From Pseudomonadota bacterium (lineage in GTDB: Bacteria; Pseudomonadota; Gammaproteobacteria; Chromatiales; Chromatiaceae): a DNA stretch of 60,613 nucleotides. The notes under the pieces are model-generated. The model ran no database searches. It saw only the letters and a program-made list of their open reading frames with translations, and was not told where the DNA came from. The stretch spans positions 1-60,613 of the forward strand of contig JBPOHE010000007.1 of the NCBI GenBank assembly GCA_052035915.1. The letters are read 5' to 3'. The position numbers were made by a program, and so were the translations under genes. Below, in pieces: positions 46,017 to 56,051 of this stretch (its first letter is position 1; each line of letters begins with the position of its first letter).

Positions 46017-46850
46017 TCAATGCCCGGGCAGTCCTGGGCCGCGACGCCATTCCCGGACGACAAACCAAGCCGCCAAAATAAGGATGAAGCCGCCAATGAT
46101 CAGGCCAATGAACAGCGACAGATCCACATAATAGGCATCGCGGCTGGGATCGTAGGTGGTGCAGAAGAAACGGATGCGATTGAGAAGACTAGCCAGGAAG
46201 GGCTGGCCCGGCTTGGGCTGCCCAAGCACTAATTCCTTGAGCGGTTCCACCAACAGCGGGGTCTCGAACACCTCGCCATAGACCTGACGATAGATGCGCC
46301 CATCGGCGTCGATGACCGTGGCCTGGATGATATGGTCGAAGCCGCGCGGGGAATCCACATAGGTGAATCCCAGCTCCCGCATCAGAGCCTCCGCCGTGGC
46401 GCGATCAGCGCTCAAAAGCAGCCAATCCGCCCCGGCGATGCCCTGGTTCCTGGCGAACTGGCGCATGGATTCCGGGCTGTCGTGCAGGCTGTCGAAGCCC
46501 AGGGTGGCGACACGAAAACTCTCTTGGCCCAGGGCCTCCCTGGCTTTGGCGACTACTTTGGCCAGATGCTGGGTGGTCAGGGGACAGACATGGTAGCAAC
46601 TGGTATAGACCAAGCTGAGCACCAGGGGCTTGCCCTTCAGGCTTGACAAGGAAAGTCGGTCTTCCGCACCTGTAGTGAAGACGTAGTCCCCCAAGGATCG
46701 GCCGATCGCCTGCTGGCTAGCTTCCAGGGCTCGCTTGCTATCGAATTTGGTGGTGGTTTCCTGATGTCCGGTCCTCGACCAAGCCGGGAAAAGTATCGCG
46801 AGCCAGGCGAAGATCAGCGCGCAGGCGAGGAGAGGGAGCCGATACCTCAT
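46017..46850 (-). CDS. SCO1/SenC-family protein with C-terminal TM anchor
   Basis: Start trimmed to MRYRLPLLACALIFAWLAILF. CxxxCP is present in VYTSCYHVCPLTT. A C-terminal helix is LFIGLIIGGFILILAAWFVV. Confidence 0.8.
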   Translation of the reverse strand: MRYRLPLLACALIFAWLAILFPAWSRTGHQETTTKFDSKRALEASQQAIGRSLGDYVFTTGAEDRLSLSSLKGKPLVLSLVYTSCYHVCPLTTQHLAKVVAKAREALGQESFRVATLGFDSLHDSPESMRQFARNQGIAGADWLLLSADRATAEALMRELGFTYVDSPRGFDHIIQATVIDADGRIYRQVYGEVFETPLLVEPLKELVLGQPKPGQPFLASLLNRIRFFCTTYDPSRDAYYVDLSLFIGLIIGGFILILAAWFVVREWRRGPGLPGH

Positions 46851-46879
46851 CGGGGGATCCGCAGGAGAGGCGATCGAGG

Positions 46880-47737
46880 TCAAGACACCAGCCAGGCGTC
46901 CAGGACAGCGCTTGTCAATAGACAGGTCAGTTGCACCAGGGAAGCAAAAAAACAACTCATCGCGGTCTTGGCGGTGGGATCCCTGACCAGTTGGAGATTT
47001 TTCTGTAGAAAATAGCCCCCACCGATCAGGGCGCCGGCCAGATAGATCCAACCGAGACCAAAGAAAAAGGGAAGAATGGAAAATGTCACCAGGACCAGGG
47101 TGTTGAGCAATACGGCCCGCGCTGCCCGCGCATTGCCCACCACCACCGGCAACATCGGAACCCCCGCAGCGACATAATCGTCGCGCTGGGCAATGGCCAG
47201 ACTCCAGAAATGGGAGGGGGTCCAGAAAAACAACACGATGGCGAGAAGGATAGGTACCGGACTGAGACTCGGGTCAACCGCCGCAGCCCCGGCGAGTACC
47301 GCAAAACTGCCGGATGCCCCACCGATGACGATGTTGAGCCAAGTCCGGCGTTTCAGCCAGACTGTATAGACGATCGCATAGAAAAACGCCCCGAGAAAGA
47401 TATAGAGGGCGGCCACGCCGTTCAGCAGCAGTGCGGCACCCAAAACTCCCATCGCCAGCAGCGCCATGATCAACATCAACCAGAAGGGCGTATGGGAGAA
47501 ACTCCCGGTCACGAAGGGGCGGTTGTGGGTCCGCCGCATCCGACTATCGATATCCAACTCATAATATTGGTTGAAGGCACCGGCACTGGCGGCCGCCATG
47601 AGTACCGTCAGGGCCAGGACAAGGGTGTGCCAGCCGCCAAGAGGTTCTCCCGGAGTCACCACCATGGCCGCAATCGCGGTAAAGGCCATGATGATACCGA
47701 TACGGAGTTTGAACAGATTGGTGAGCTGCTTGAGCAT
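46880..47737 (-). CDS. ctaB: protohaem IX farnesyltransferase (haem O synthase)
   Basis: Start trimmed to MLKQLTNLFKLRIGIIMAF. UbiA-family motifs are present: NQYYELDIDSRMRRTHNRPFVTG and a later Asp-rich loop. Confidence 0.85.
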   Translation of the reverse strand: MLKQLTNLFKLRIGIIMAFTAIAAMVVTPGEPLGGWHTLVLALTVLMAAASAGAFNQYYELDIDSRMRRTHNRPFVTGSFSHTPFWLMLIMALLAMGVLGAALLLNGVAALYIFLGAFFYAIVYTVWLKRRTWLNIVIGGASGSFAVLAGAAAVDPSLSPVPILLAIVLFFWTPSHFWSLAIAQRDDYVAAGVPMLPVVVGNARAARAVLLNTLVLVTFSILPFFFGLGWIYLAGALIGGGYFLQKNLQLVRDPTAKTAMSCFFASLVQLTCLLTSAVLDAWLVS

Positions 47738-47858
47738 ATCGAACTCGCTGTCGGGGTTGACCGATCCCTGGTGCTTCTCCACCAAGCGGAGAAGCACCAG
47801 GGGTACGCTGTTGGACGGGACAAGAGATCTTGCCCCGCCCCGTATTTTCAAACCTGGG

Positions 47859-49592
47859 CTATTTGAGTGGCCAGACGGCCGCCAGATAGTTCCAGTTGAT
47901 GAAATAATACAGCACAAAGGACACCAGCAAGACCATGGCGAGGGCAAAAGTACCAGGCGCTTCGAAACCCGCCGAGCCGTGCTGTTCCACCACCGGCCGG
48001 CTGGCCATGGGCAGTTGCTCCGGCTGCTCGAAGGTATAGACAGAAGCCGCAAGCGGCTTGCCGAAGCTCTGCAGCAACCCCGCGGAAGGCTCCAGCTTCT
48101 TGCCGAACACCAGCGAACCCACGGTGACGATGAGGTACATGGCGCCGCCGACCATCGCCAGGAGGGCACCGATTCCGGCGATACCCATCAGCACATAGGC
48201 GGTCCCCGGATACTTGAAGCCCAAAGGATTGCCCGCAAAGCCCATGTCCCAGTGGCGACGGGCCACTCCCAGGGTACCCGCGCCCATGAGGAACAAGGAC
48301 ACGATAGTCATGCCTAGACCGAAGACATAGGGCTGCCATTTCGCCACCGTGGGCAGGATCATCTGGCGACGGAACAAAACCGGGATCAGCAGGTAAGTCA
48401 GGGCCATGAAGGCCAGGGTGGTGCCTATAACGACCGTGGCATGGAAGTGGCCCGGTACATAGATGGTGTTGTGGATGATGATGTTGATCTGCTCGGTACC
48501 CATCACCACACCTGAGATGCCACCCAGGAAACCAAAACCTACCAGCGAGATGAACATGCCCGAGAACACCGGATTATCCCAGGGGGCCTTGCGCAACCAC
48601 TCGAACATACCCTTGGTGAATCCCTTGTGTCGCTGGGCCACCTCGATGGCGCCAGGGACGGTCAGGCCGTGGATCATGCTGGCCAGCACCGCCAGATACA
48701 TGGCATAGCTGGTGTTGAATACCTTCCACTCGGAGCTGATACCCGGATCCACCAGGATGTGGTGGGCGCAGGCCAGTTGCAGGAAGAGGATGTAGAGCAG
48801 ATAGGCCGAACGGCTGACCTTCTCCGACATGGGCCGGGCGCCGAAGACCACACCCGCGATCAGATACCACACGGCCACATGGGCGGCGACGTTGATCTGT
48901 TGGGAGGAGTGCCCGAGGCCCCACCAGATGACCCGGTACATCAGGGCGTCGATGTGGCCGATGTAGCCGATGGACCAGAGGAAGGTCGGGATCAGAATGA
49001 TCGCCCCCGAGGCGATGGTGAAGACGGCGATGATAGCCGCGGTGATGGCGCCGAAGGTCACAAGGGGCACCGAGCCCTGATAGGTGTTCTCATCCTTGGC
49101 GATGACCAGGGTGCCGAAGAACACAAACACAGCGATTAGCGCACCCACGGCGAACAAAATCAACCCGAGATAGAAGGTTGGCTGGGCGGGCATGGGCACA
49201 TAGGAAGTCATCATCACGCTGGAACCGCCCTGGAAGATGGTGACGAGGGTGGTGATGGAGCCTATTACCATGAGCGCGAAGCCGAGCCAAGCCCAGCGTG
49301 GTGTAGCCAGGCGGCAGCGCAACAGGGTCGAGGAGGCGAAATAGAGGATGGCTATTTCGAAAAAGATGATCCAGAAGATGAGCGCGCCGATGCCATGGGC
49401 GGTCAGCACCATATAGAAGGAGTCCGCCGGCAAAAGATGCACCGCCGGCCATCTGGTCAGGGCGACCAGCACCCCGAGCACACCAGAGATCAAGAGGCTC
49501 ACCGCGGCGGCGACCGCGTTGACCTTCATCAGGCTCTCGGCGGACTTATGGAAATACAGCCCTGAGGATGGGCAAACCCGAAACTCTGCCAT
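47859..49592 (-). CDS. haem-copper oxidase subunit I (B/ba3-like or NOR-like family)
   Basis: 577 aa, about 13 TM helices, with HFHATVVIGT (H-x-H helix X) and a CuB region IWWGLGHSSQQINVAAH. The Tyr found 4 residues after the CuB His in A/B-type oxidases (GHPxVY) is replaced by Q. Confidence 0.8.
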   Translation of the reverse strand: MAEFRVCPSSGLYFHKSAESLMKVNAVAAAVSLLISGVLGVLVALTRWPAVHLLPADSFYMVLTAHGIGALIFWIIFFEIAILYFASSTLLRCRLATPRWAWLGFALMVIGSITTLVTIFQGGSSVMMTSYVPMPAQPTFYLGLILFAVGALIAVFVFFGTLVIAKDENTYQGSVPLVTFGAITAAIIAVFTIASGAIILIPTFLWSIGYIGHIDALMYRVIWWGLGHSSQQINVAAHVAVWYLIAGVVFGARPMSEKVSRSAYLLYILFLQLACAHHILVDPGISSEWKVFNTSYAMYLAVLASMIHGLTVPGAIEVAQRHKGFTKGMFEWLRKAPWDNPVFSGMFISLVGFGFLGGISGVVMGTEQINIIIHNTIYVPGHFHATVVIGTTLAFMALTYLLIPVLFRRQMILPTVAKWQPYVFGLGMTIVSLFLMGAGTLGVARRHWDMGFAGNPLGFKYPGTAYVLMGIAGIGALLAMVGGAMYLIVTVGSLVFGKKLEPSAGLLQSFGKPLAASVYTFEQPEQLPMASRPVVEQHGSAGFEAPGTFALAMVLLVSFVLYYFINWNYLAAVWPLK

Positions 49593-49598
49593 AGATGC

Positions 49599-50135
49599 TT
49601 ACTCCTTGACGTAGATCTTGCCCAGCATGGTGTGGTGCAAGATGCCGCAATATTCGTTACAGACGATGGTGTACTCGCCCGCCTGGTCCGGGGTCACCGT
49701 CATGACCATCTCGTAGCCCGGCAGGACCTGCACATTGATGTTGACGGGTTGCAGGGAGAAGCCGTGCTGCCAATCCATCGACGAAAGATGAAGCCGGTAG
49801 CTCTTGTTCTTTTTCAGTTCAAGCATCGGATACCATTGCCAGAGCCGGCCCAACATATAGACATCGCTGTCCGCGGGTGGAGCGACCACGGGTAACCCCG
49901 CCTCATCTCTCACCTTATGGTCCTTGACCATGGCCTCCACCTTGGCCAGGTGTTTGGCCGGTGTGGTCTGATAGGCCTCGTTGGACAGATTCTGCTTACC
50001 GTAAAGGTGCCAGTAGGGCATCATGAGGAACATGATCAGGCACCAGACTACCGCCAACAGGATCCAGACGATTTCGGTCTTGCCGACCGGTTCTTTCCAC
50101 CAGATGCGTTCGGCCGGTGGTGTAAAGCTGCTCAT
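49599..50135 (-). CDS. haem-copper oxidase subunit II with CuA site
   Basis: 178 aa with one N-terminal TM helix and a cupredoxin domain carrying CNEYCGILHHTM (C-x-E-x-C-G-x-x-H-x-x-M). Confidence 0.85.
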   Translation of the reverse strand: MSSFTPPAERIWWKEPVGKTEIVWILLAVVWCLIMFLMMPYWHLYGKQNLSNEAYQTTPAKHLAKVEAMVKDHKVRDEAGLPVVAPPADSDVYMLGRLWQWYPMLELKKNKSYRLHLSSMDWQHGFSLQPVNINVQVLPGYEMVMTVTPDQAGEYTIVCNEYCGILHHTMLGKIYVKE

Positions 50136-50156
50136 CGGTATTTCCCCCTCTCAGAC

Positions 50157-50345
50157 TTATGGCGTAACGGGCAGGGTGACGATCTCCATGATCCCCCACA
50201 GGATGTAGAACACCGTCGGCATCACCACACCGATAAAAAGGAGCAAAAAAGGGTTATCTATCAACTTCTGCATAGCAGGAATCTTTTCCCGCTTTTCTGG
50301 GTTTGTTCTGGATGCAACATTTGGAGTCGGTTCTCCCATAGACAT
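50157..50345 (-). CDS. small single-helix oxidase-associated protein (subunit IIa-like)
   Basis: The hydrophobic core is FLLLFIGVVMPTVFYILWGIMEIV. The likely true start is the internal ATG at 50273 (MQKLIDNPF). Assigned by position upstream of subunit II. Confidence 0.5.
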   Translation of the reverse strand: MSMGEPTPNVASRTNPEKREKIPAMQKLIDNPFLLLFIGVVMPTVFYILWGIMEIVTLPVTP

Positions 50346-50649
50346 ATCTCCTCAAAGATGGCGAAACACACAACACGGATTGGCGAAGCCCGAAGGCAGG
50401 CGAAGCTGCTTGGTTCGTTCAGACGAGGGCCGCGATGCCTTCGGATGTTGCCTTCCGATACAACCAGACAGATCGTTGTACCCCCTCAACATCCGGATGG
50501 AACAACCCTCAGATACGCGAATGAGTGTTGATTTACCCGCCACCCCGAACCTTGATCTCGATCAAGAGTTGAAAAATATTCCCTTGCGGTAAGCGGATGA
50601 GGCATTATGGGGAGTTTGATCCCTTCTCCAGTTCACGAGATTTCAGGCT

Positions 50650-51702
50650 ATGTCCGTGACCGAAACTGCTGCAAATAGAACGGTTGCCCTCTGGTTGTTG
50701 ATCTGCTGTGCCGCCATCTTCGCCATGGTGGTGCTGGGAGGGGTGACGCGGTTGACGGGCTCCGGGCTCTCCATCGTACGCTGGGAACCCATCACCGGGG
50801 TGCTGCCGCCCCTGAACGAAACCGCCTGGGAACAGGTATTCCAGCTCTATCAGCAATCGCCGGAATATCGGCTGAAGAACCGGGGGATGTCGCTCGAGGG
50901 CTTCAAAACCATCTTCTGGTTCGAATACGCCCACCGCCTGCTCGGCCGGCTGATTGGGGTCATCTTTCTCGTCCCCCTGATCTTTTTCGTGATCCGCAAG
51001 CAGCTGAACCGCTCGCTCATCCCCAAGCTGGTCCTGATGTTCGTGCTCGGTGGGCTGCAGGGCCTGCTCGGCTGGTATATGGTGATGAGCGGACTGGTCA
51101 ATGATCCCCACGTGAGCCAATACCGCCTGACCGCCCACCTCGGGCTCGCCCTTCTCATTTATTCTTATATGTTCTGGGTGGCGTTGGATCTGTTGTTTCC
51201 CGACACCGGTCACATCCAAAAAAGGGGGGCAACGGCAGGCCTGATCGTCTTGCTGGTGTTTCTGACCGCCCTTTCCGGTGGTTTCGTCGCCGGCACCCGG
51301 GCGGGTCTGGCCTACAACACCTTCCCCTTGATGGACGGCCAATGGGTTCCTGGGGGAATGTTCACCCTGACTCCCCTGTGGAGCAACTTGTTCGAGAATG
51401 TCACCACGGTGCAGTTCGACCACCGCCTGCTGGCCACCCTGCTGTTCTTGGTCATCCCGGCGTTCTGGTGGCGCGCCCGCCGACAGCCGCTCGCACCCCG
51501 GGTCCAGATCGGGCTCCATGTCCTGCTCATGACCCTATTCCTACAGCTCGGGCTGGGCATCTCCACGCTGCTGCTCCGGGTGCCGGTGGCCCTGGGAACG
51601 GCGCATCAGGGCGGTGCCGTGTTGTTGCTGACCGCGGCCCTGTTCGTCTGGCATCGAATGCGTCGGGAGCCTCTCCAGCAGCCGATCTCAGGATTTGTCT
51701 AG
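50650..51702 (+). CDS. ctaA: haem A synthase (COX15/CtaA)
   Basis: 350 aa and 8 TM helices, with LGGVTRLTGSGLSIVRWEP, EYAHRLLGR and VQFDHRLLA (conserved His pairs). Confidence 0.85.
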   Translation: MSVTETAANRTVALWLLICCAAIFAMVVLGGVTRLTGSGLSIVRWEPITGVLPPLNETAWEQVFQLYQQSPEYRLKNRGMSLEGFKTIFWFEYAHRLLGRLIGVIFLVPLIFFVIRKQLNRSLIPKLVLMFVLGGLQGLLGWYMVMSGLVNDPHVSQYRLTAHLGLALLIYSYMFWVALDLLFPDTGHIQKRGATAGLIVLLVFLTALSGGFVAGTRAGLAYNTFPLMDGQWVPGGMFTLTPLWSNLFENVTTVQFDHRLLATLLFLVIPAFWWRARRQPLAPRVQIGLHVLLMTLFLQLGLGISTLLLRVPVALGTAHQGGAVLLLTAALFVWHRMRREPLQQPISGFV

Positions 51703-51771
51703 CCGCTCGCCCTGCCTTGCCGGCGTTTTTCATCAACCGAGCCTATTACGCCACCCAGACCATCCGACTCC

Positions 51772-52446
51772 ATGATCAAGTCCAAACTCGACTTCTCCTA
51801 TAAATATGATCAGGACTTTGCCGAGCGCTATCACCAGAGTCGGGAGGAAAGCCTGGAGCGTCGCGTTGCCAGTCAACTGGAAATCCGCATGGCCCGCCGC
51901 GGTCTTCAGTTGGCGGGGCACCCCAAGTCGGTGCTCGATCTCCCCTGCGGCACGGGAAGATTCTGGTCGATGCTGGCCGAGGACCCGGAGCGCCTGCTCC
52001 TGGCTGGCGACAGCAGCCAGGCGATGATACATACCGCCATCCAGCATCACCCGGATCTTGCCCCCAGATTCCAGCTGTATCACCTGGACGCCCTCGCCAT
52101 CGATCTGCCGGATCGCTCGGTCGAAAGCGTATTCTGCATGCGTCTGCTGCATCACGTCTTCGATGTCGAGACGCGGCTACAGATCTACCGCGAATTCGCC
52201 CGGGTAAGCCGTCACACGGCCTGCATATCATTGCGGGTCACGGGGAATTTCCATGCCTGGCGGCGGCAGTACCGTCTGCGACACAGGAACCAACCCGGGA
52301 GAAACCGCACTGTGCTGGACCCGCGCCAAGCGGAGACAGAGTTCAGCATGGCGGGGTGGAAGGTGATCGGGAAGGTCGACCTGCTGCCCTATCACTCGAT
52401 GTGGCGCACCTACGTGCTGGCCCTGAAGGAGGCTCCCCAAAGCTGA
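51772..52446 (+). CDS. class I SAM-dependent methyltransferase
   Basis: Motif I is VLDLPCGTGRFW, with the post-I acidic residue in LLAGDSS. 224 aa. Confidence 0.75.
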   Translation: MIKSKLDFSYKYDQDFAERYHQSREESLERRVASQLEIRMARRGLQLAGHPKSVLDLPCGTGRFWSMLAEDPERLLLAGDSSQAMIHTAIQHHPDLAPRFQLYHLDALAIDLPDRSVESVFCMRLLHHVFDVETRLQIYREFARVSRHTACISLRVTGNFHAWRRQYRLRHRNQPGRNRTVLDPRQAETEFSMAGWKVIGKVDLLPYHSMWRTYVLALKEAPQS

Positions 52447-52485
52447 GTCGCCCGATCCTGGCGGCTCCGGGAAGGGGACCGCGTA

Positions 52486-52567
52486 GCAGAGTAGGTCGGC
52501 AATCCTTTGCCGACCCCCCCCCTGATCGGCATCAAATGGCGGCAAGGGGTTGCCGCCCTACGAGCTC
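52486..52567 (+). repeat. REP-like repeat family C, copy 3
   Basis: Same unit as 25648 and 34165. It is flanked by a near-direct repeat: GCTCCGGGAAGGGGACCGCGTA to the left and GCTCCGGGAAGGAAACCGCGTA to the right. Confidence 0.8.
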
Positions 52568-52666
52568 CGGGAAGGAAACCGCGTAATCGGATGGAGGCGG
52601 ACGGGGGCCACGAAGGTGTGGCTGAGAAAAAGACTCAGCAGGAATCGGTATTCGAGTTCGGGTGTT

Positions 52667-52784
52667 CCGGGCATCGACGGCCAATGGCCGATTTCCGTTC
52701 TAATACAGAGAACAATATATCAATATCTCGCGGTATTGTTCTCTAATGGAGAACAAAAACCGGCCCAACACAGCCAGGCCCGGG
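52667..52784. repeat. MITE-like repeat family B copy
   Basis: Ends are CCGGGCATCGACGG...CCAGGCCCGGG. The core is CAGAGAACAATATAT...TTGTTCTCTAATGGAGAACAA. Confidence 0.7.
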
Positions 52785-52906
52785 AGGCTCTCCCAACCAC
52801 CAGGGGCCAAATCCAAATCTGATTGGCCAGTTATTTCAGCGAGAGAGGGATGTGCCGTCACTCCCCTCGCCCGTTTGCGGGAGAGGGGAGCTGGACGGTT
52901 ACAAGA

Positions 52907-54688
52907 TCACAACAACCCGGCGTAGTCGGCTATCCCCGGATTGCCTTTTACCCCCACGAGTTTCGGGCTGTTGACTTTGGCCAGCTTCACCTGGCCTTTG
53001 AGGCGGAGATAATCGGCGACCACATCCCACACCGGACGCCCGGGCGCTTGGGAGCCCACGGTGGCCCAGCCGGAGACGATATAGTTTTTCCCCGCCTCGA
53101 CCGGGGTACCGTCGTCCAGGGTCATCTGACTGATGCGCTGGCCCATCTCCCGGCTGGGATCACAGACATAATCCAGCCCCCCGACGCGCACCATATCCCC
53201 ACCCTGCTGGTAATAGGGGTCCGGATTGAACAGGTTGTCGCAGACATCTTCGAGAATGGTCTTGATGTCGGCGCCGGTCATCTCGCGTCGATAGGTTTCC
53301 GGGTAGGTGATACAGGTCTGGTCCAATACCTGTTCCATGGTGATCGCCTGTCCCGGCAGGATGCTGGTACCCCAGCGGAAGCCGGGCGAGAGGGCGATCT
53401 GAGCGTCATTGACCTCCCGCAGGGCATCGCAGATGACCTGGTCGAAAGTGCCGTTGAAGTTCCCCCGTCGATAGAGGGTGGCCTCGGTAACCGCCAGTTT
53501 CTCCTCCAGCCGATCCTTGTAAGGCGCACGCACCTTATCGATATAGGCCTGCATCTCCGGGTCGGCGGGCAGGAGGTTGGAGAACACCGGCAACAGCCGG
53601 TAGCGGAAATCCCGTACCTGTCCGCCCTTCACCTCCAAGTCCATGACGCCGAGAAACTTGCCGTTGGAACCGGCATTGGTCACCAGGGTACGCCCGTTGC
53701 GGTTCTTGATGAGGCTCGGCGCCGGCACACCGTCATGGGTATGGCCGCCGAAGATGACGTCGATACCGCTCACCCGCTCCGCCATCTTGAGGTCGACATC
53801 CATGCCGTTGTGGGAAAGCACCACTATGACTTCGGGTTTTTCCTTCGCCTTGAGCTTGTCGACGACTTCCTGCATGTGCTTGTCTTCGATGCCGAAGGTC
53901 CAATCCGGGATAAAGCGCTGCGGGTTGGCGATGGGGGTATAGGGAAAGGCCTGGCCAATGACGGCCACGCGAACCCCGCCTACCTCCTTGATGGTATAGG
54001 GGCGGAAGGCCTGGCCGCTGTCGCCGTCGAAACCCGCGTATTTGGCGAATTTGTAATCGAAGAGGGCGTCCTCCTTGACCTTGATGTTCTGCGCCACGAA
54101 CTCGGCCTTGAGCTCGGCCAGGTTCTCCATGACCTCCTGGTCCAGATAGGTGAACTCCCAATGGCCGGTCATGACATCCACGCCCAGGAGGTTGCAGGCC
54201 CCTACCATGTCCTTACCCCGGGTCCAATAGGCGGTTCCCGATCCCTGCCAGGTATCGCCGCCGTCCAATAAGAGGGTATTGCCTGGGCCCCTGGCTTCCC
54301 GCAGGCGCTTCACCAGGGTCCGCAGATGGGCGAAGCCACCAACCCGACCATAGCGCTTGGCCGCCTCATCGAAATGGAGATAGGTGAAGGCATGGGCGTC
54401 GAGGCCACCGCCGGTCAGACCATAGTGTTTCAACAGGGCCTCGCCGACCAGATGCGGCGGTTTGCCCAGGGCGGTGCCAACGCCCAGGTTGACATTGGGT
54501 TCCCGGTAATAGACTGGATTCAGCTGGGCATGGGTATCAGTGATATGCAACAGGCTCAGATTACCGAATTTGGGGACATCATAGATGTCGGCCGCCTGGG
54601 TCTTGGCGGCAGCCAAGGACCTGGGCAGGATCCCCGCCGCCCCGGCCATGGCCATCAAGTGGAGAAACTCACGTCTGGAGATACTCAT
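52907..54688 (-). CDS. soxB: thiosulfohydrolase SoxB
   Basis: Start trimmed to MSISRREFLHLMAMAGAAG (twin-arginine signal). Dinuclear metallophosphoesterase motifs are present: LLHITDTHAQL, LDGGDTWQGSG, GHWEF, FGGHTHDG. It also has a 5'-nucleotidase-type C-terminal domain, and its length of about 593 aa is typical of SoxB. Confidence 0.85.
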   Translation of the reverse strand: MSISRREFLHLMAMAGAAGILPRSLAAAKTQAADIYDVPKFGNLSLLHITDTHAQLNPVYYREPNVNLGVGTALGKPPHLVGEALLKHYGLTGGGLDAHAFTYLHFDEAAKRYGRVGGFAHLRTLVKRLREARGPGNTLLLDGGDTWQGSGTAYWTRGKDMVGACNLLGVDVMTGHWEFTYLDQEVMENLAELKAEFVAQNIKVKEDALFDYKFAKYAGFDGDSGQAFRPYTIKEVGGVRVAVIGQAFPYTPIANPQRFIPDWTFGIEDKHMQEVVDKLKAKEKPEVIVVLSHNGMDVDLKMAERVSGIDVIFGGHTHDGVPAPSLIKNRNGRTLVTNAGSNGKFLGVMDLEVKGGQVRDFRYRLLPVFSNLLPADPEMQAYIDKVRAPYKDRLEEKLAVTEATLYRRGNFNGTFDQVICDALREVNDAQIALSPGFRWGTSILPGQAITMEQVLDQTCITYPETYRREMTGADIKTILEDVCDNLFNPDPYYQQGGDMVRVGGLDYVCDPSREMGQRISQMTLDDGTPVEAGKNYIVSGWATVGSQAPGRPVWDVVADYLRLKGQVKLAKVNSPKLVGVKGNPGIADYAGLL

Positions 54689-55064
54689 CTTCTTATCGCT
54701 CCTCATAACCATACCGGGGCTTGGTGACGGGTTATCGGGCTGTCGCCGCTTGGAAGCCTGGCTCCTCCTGCCTTCCTGGTGACAACAAGCCGAACCCGGA
54801 TATCGCCAAGTATAAGATGGCACCAGCGGGACAACATCCCAGGTCACCAAGGGTTTTCCCGGATATTCCCTCCTCTCCCCTTTCGCCACGCCGTCCTGCC
54901 CCTGTCCCCGGCCACTGGCTAAGCCGGGGAATGTGTGGAAGGATCCGGGGCGCGCCTGCTGTGAAAGTCCCTGGCCCAACCGGCGGCGGAAGCGGTTCTC
55001 TCGAACCCGGCCACCACAACAGCCAGGCGGCAACGAAACCCAAGGTCAATGAGGAGAGAAGGTC

Positions 55065-56051
55065 ATGAAATCGAAGCTTTTGCTTGGCTTGTTGTTGGCG
55101 TCGGTCCTGAGCCTGTCGGCCCATGGGGACGAAAACCAGATCCGTATCGCCGGCGGGCCGGCCACCGGCGAATATATCAATATCGCCAGATCCCTGTGCG
55201 CCTCCCTGGGAAAGCTGTTCCAGTGTCAACCGACGGAAACCGCCGGTACCCTGGACAACCGCAAGCGATTGGAGGCCGGGCAGGCGGAATTCGGCCTCGC
55301 CAAGAGTAATGCCGCGGATGACTGGATGAAGGATCCGACCTTTGCCGCCAAGCATACGATCGTGCGCCGGATCGGCGACGAATCCCTGTTCGTGTTCGCC
55401 AAACCGGAGATCCTGCAGGCCGCGGGCAGTTGGCTGGGGGTGCGCGAGAACGCCTTTCTGTTGAGCCTCGGCCTGCCGGGCGAACTCTCTGGCGATGCGA
55501 CAGTATTCAACGCCCTGAAGTCGGTGCCTGGTTCACCCCTCGCCAATATAGAGGTCAAGATGTTCCCGGATCGCCCGGCGCTGGTCGAGGCGGTAAAAAC
55601 CGGTAAGGTCAAGCTGGGTTTCATCACCCAGGTGCCCAACCCCACCAACCCCCTCTTCGCCTCCATCAATGAATCCGGGCTCATGATCATGGGCGTGGTG
55701 GATCCGGACATGATCACCTTCGGCGAGACCTTCCGCATCAAGCCGGTCACGGTGAAGAATGCCAAATGGTTCGGCCTCGGCGGCGGTGCCCATCAGATCG
55801 AGACCGCCAATGTCCCCGCCGCCATAGTCGCGGTGAAACCCGAGACCCTGCAGGGACGCGCGGCCATGGTGCAACAGGCCGCCATCAAGCGGATCCAGGA
55901 GGCCAAGGAGGCCGAGCTGCTGCCGCAGCAAAGCTGGATGCAGGAACTCGCCAATACCACTTCCTTGAAGGCCGGGGCCGGTCTGGAGAATGCCATGAAG
56001 TCCATGGAAAAGGCCGCCGCCGGGGCCAAGGAGCGGCTCGGCAAACTCTGA
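55065..56051 (+). CDS. periplasmic solute-binding protein (TAXI/PhnD-like fold, tentative)
   Basis: Signal peptide MKSKLLLGLLLASVLSLSAHG, then IRIAGGPATGEYINIARSL..., a pattern similar to TAXI-type receptors. The C-terminal 70 aa are helical and A/K/E-rich. Confidence 0.5.
   Translation: MKSKLLLGLLLASVLSLSAHGDENQIRIAGGPATGEYINIARSLCASLGKLFQCQPTETAGTLDNRKRLEAGQAEFGLAKSNAADDWMKDPTFAAKHTIVRRIGDESLFVFAKPEILQAAGSWLGVRENAFLLSLGLPGELSGDATVFNALKSVPGSPLANIEVKMFPDRPALVEAVKTGKVKLGFITQVPNPTNPLFASINESGLMIMGVVDPDMITFGETFRIKPVTVKNAKWFGLGGGAHQIETANVPAAIVAVKPETLQGRAAMVQQAAIKRIQEAKEAELLPQQSWMQELANTTSLKAGAGLENAMKSMEKAAAGAKERLGKL

Noticed and set aside
52907-54688. Calling this gene a generic periplasmic 5'-nucleotidase/UshA.
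   Set aside because: The twin-arginine signal, a length of about 593 aa and the motif set fit SoxB better. A phylogenetic check would still be decisive.
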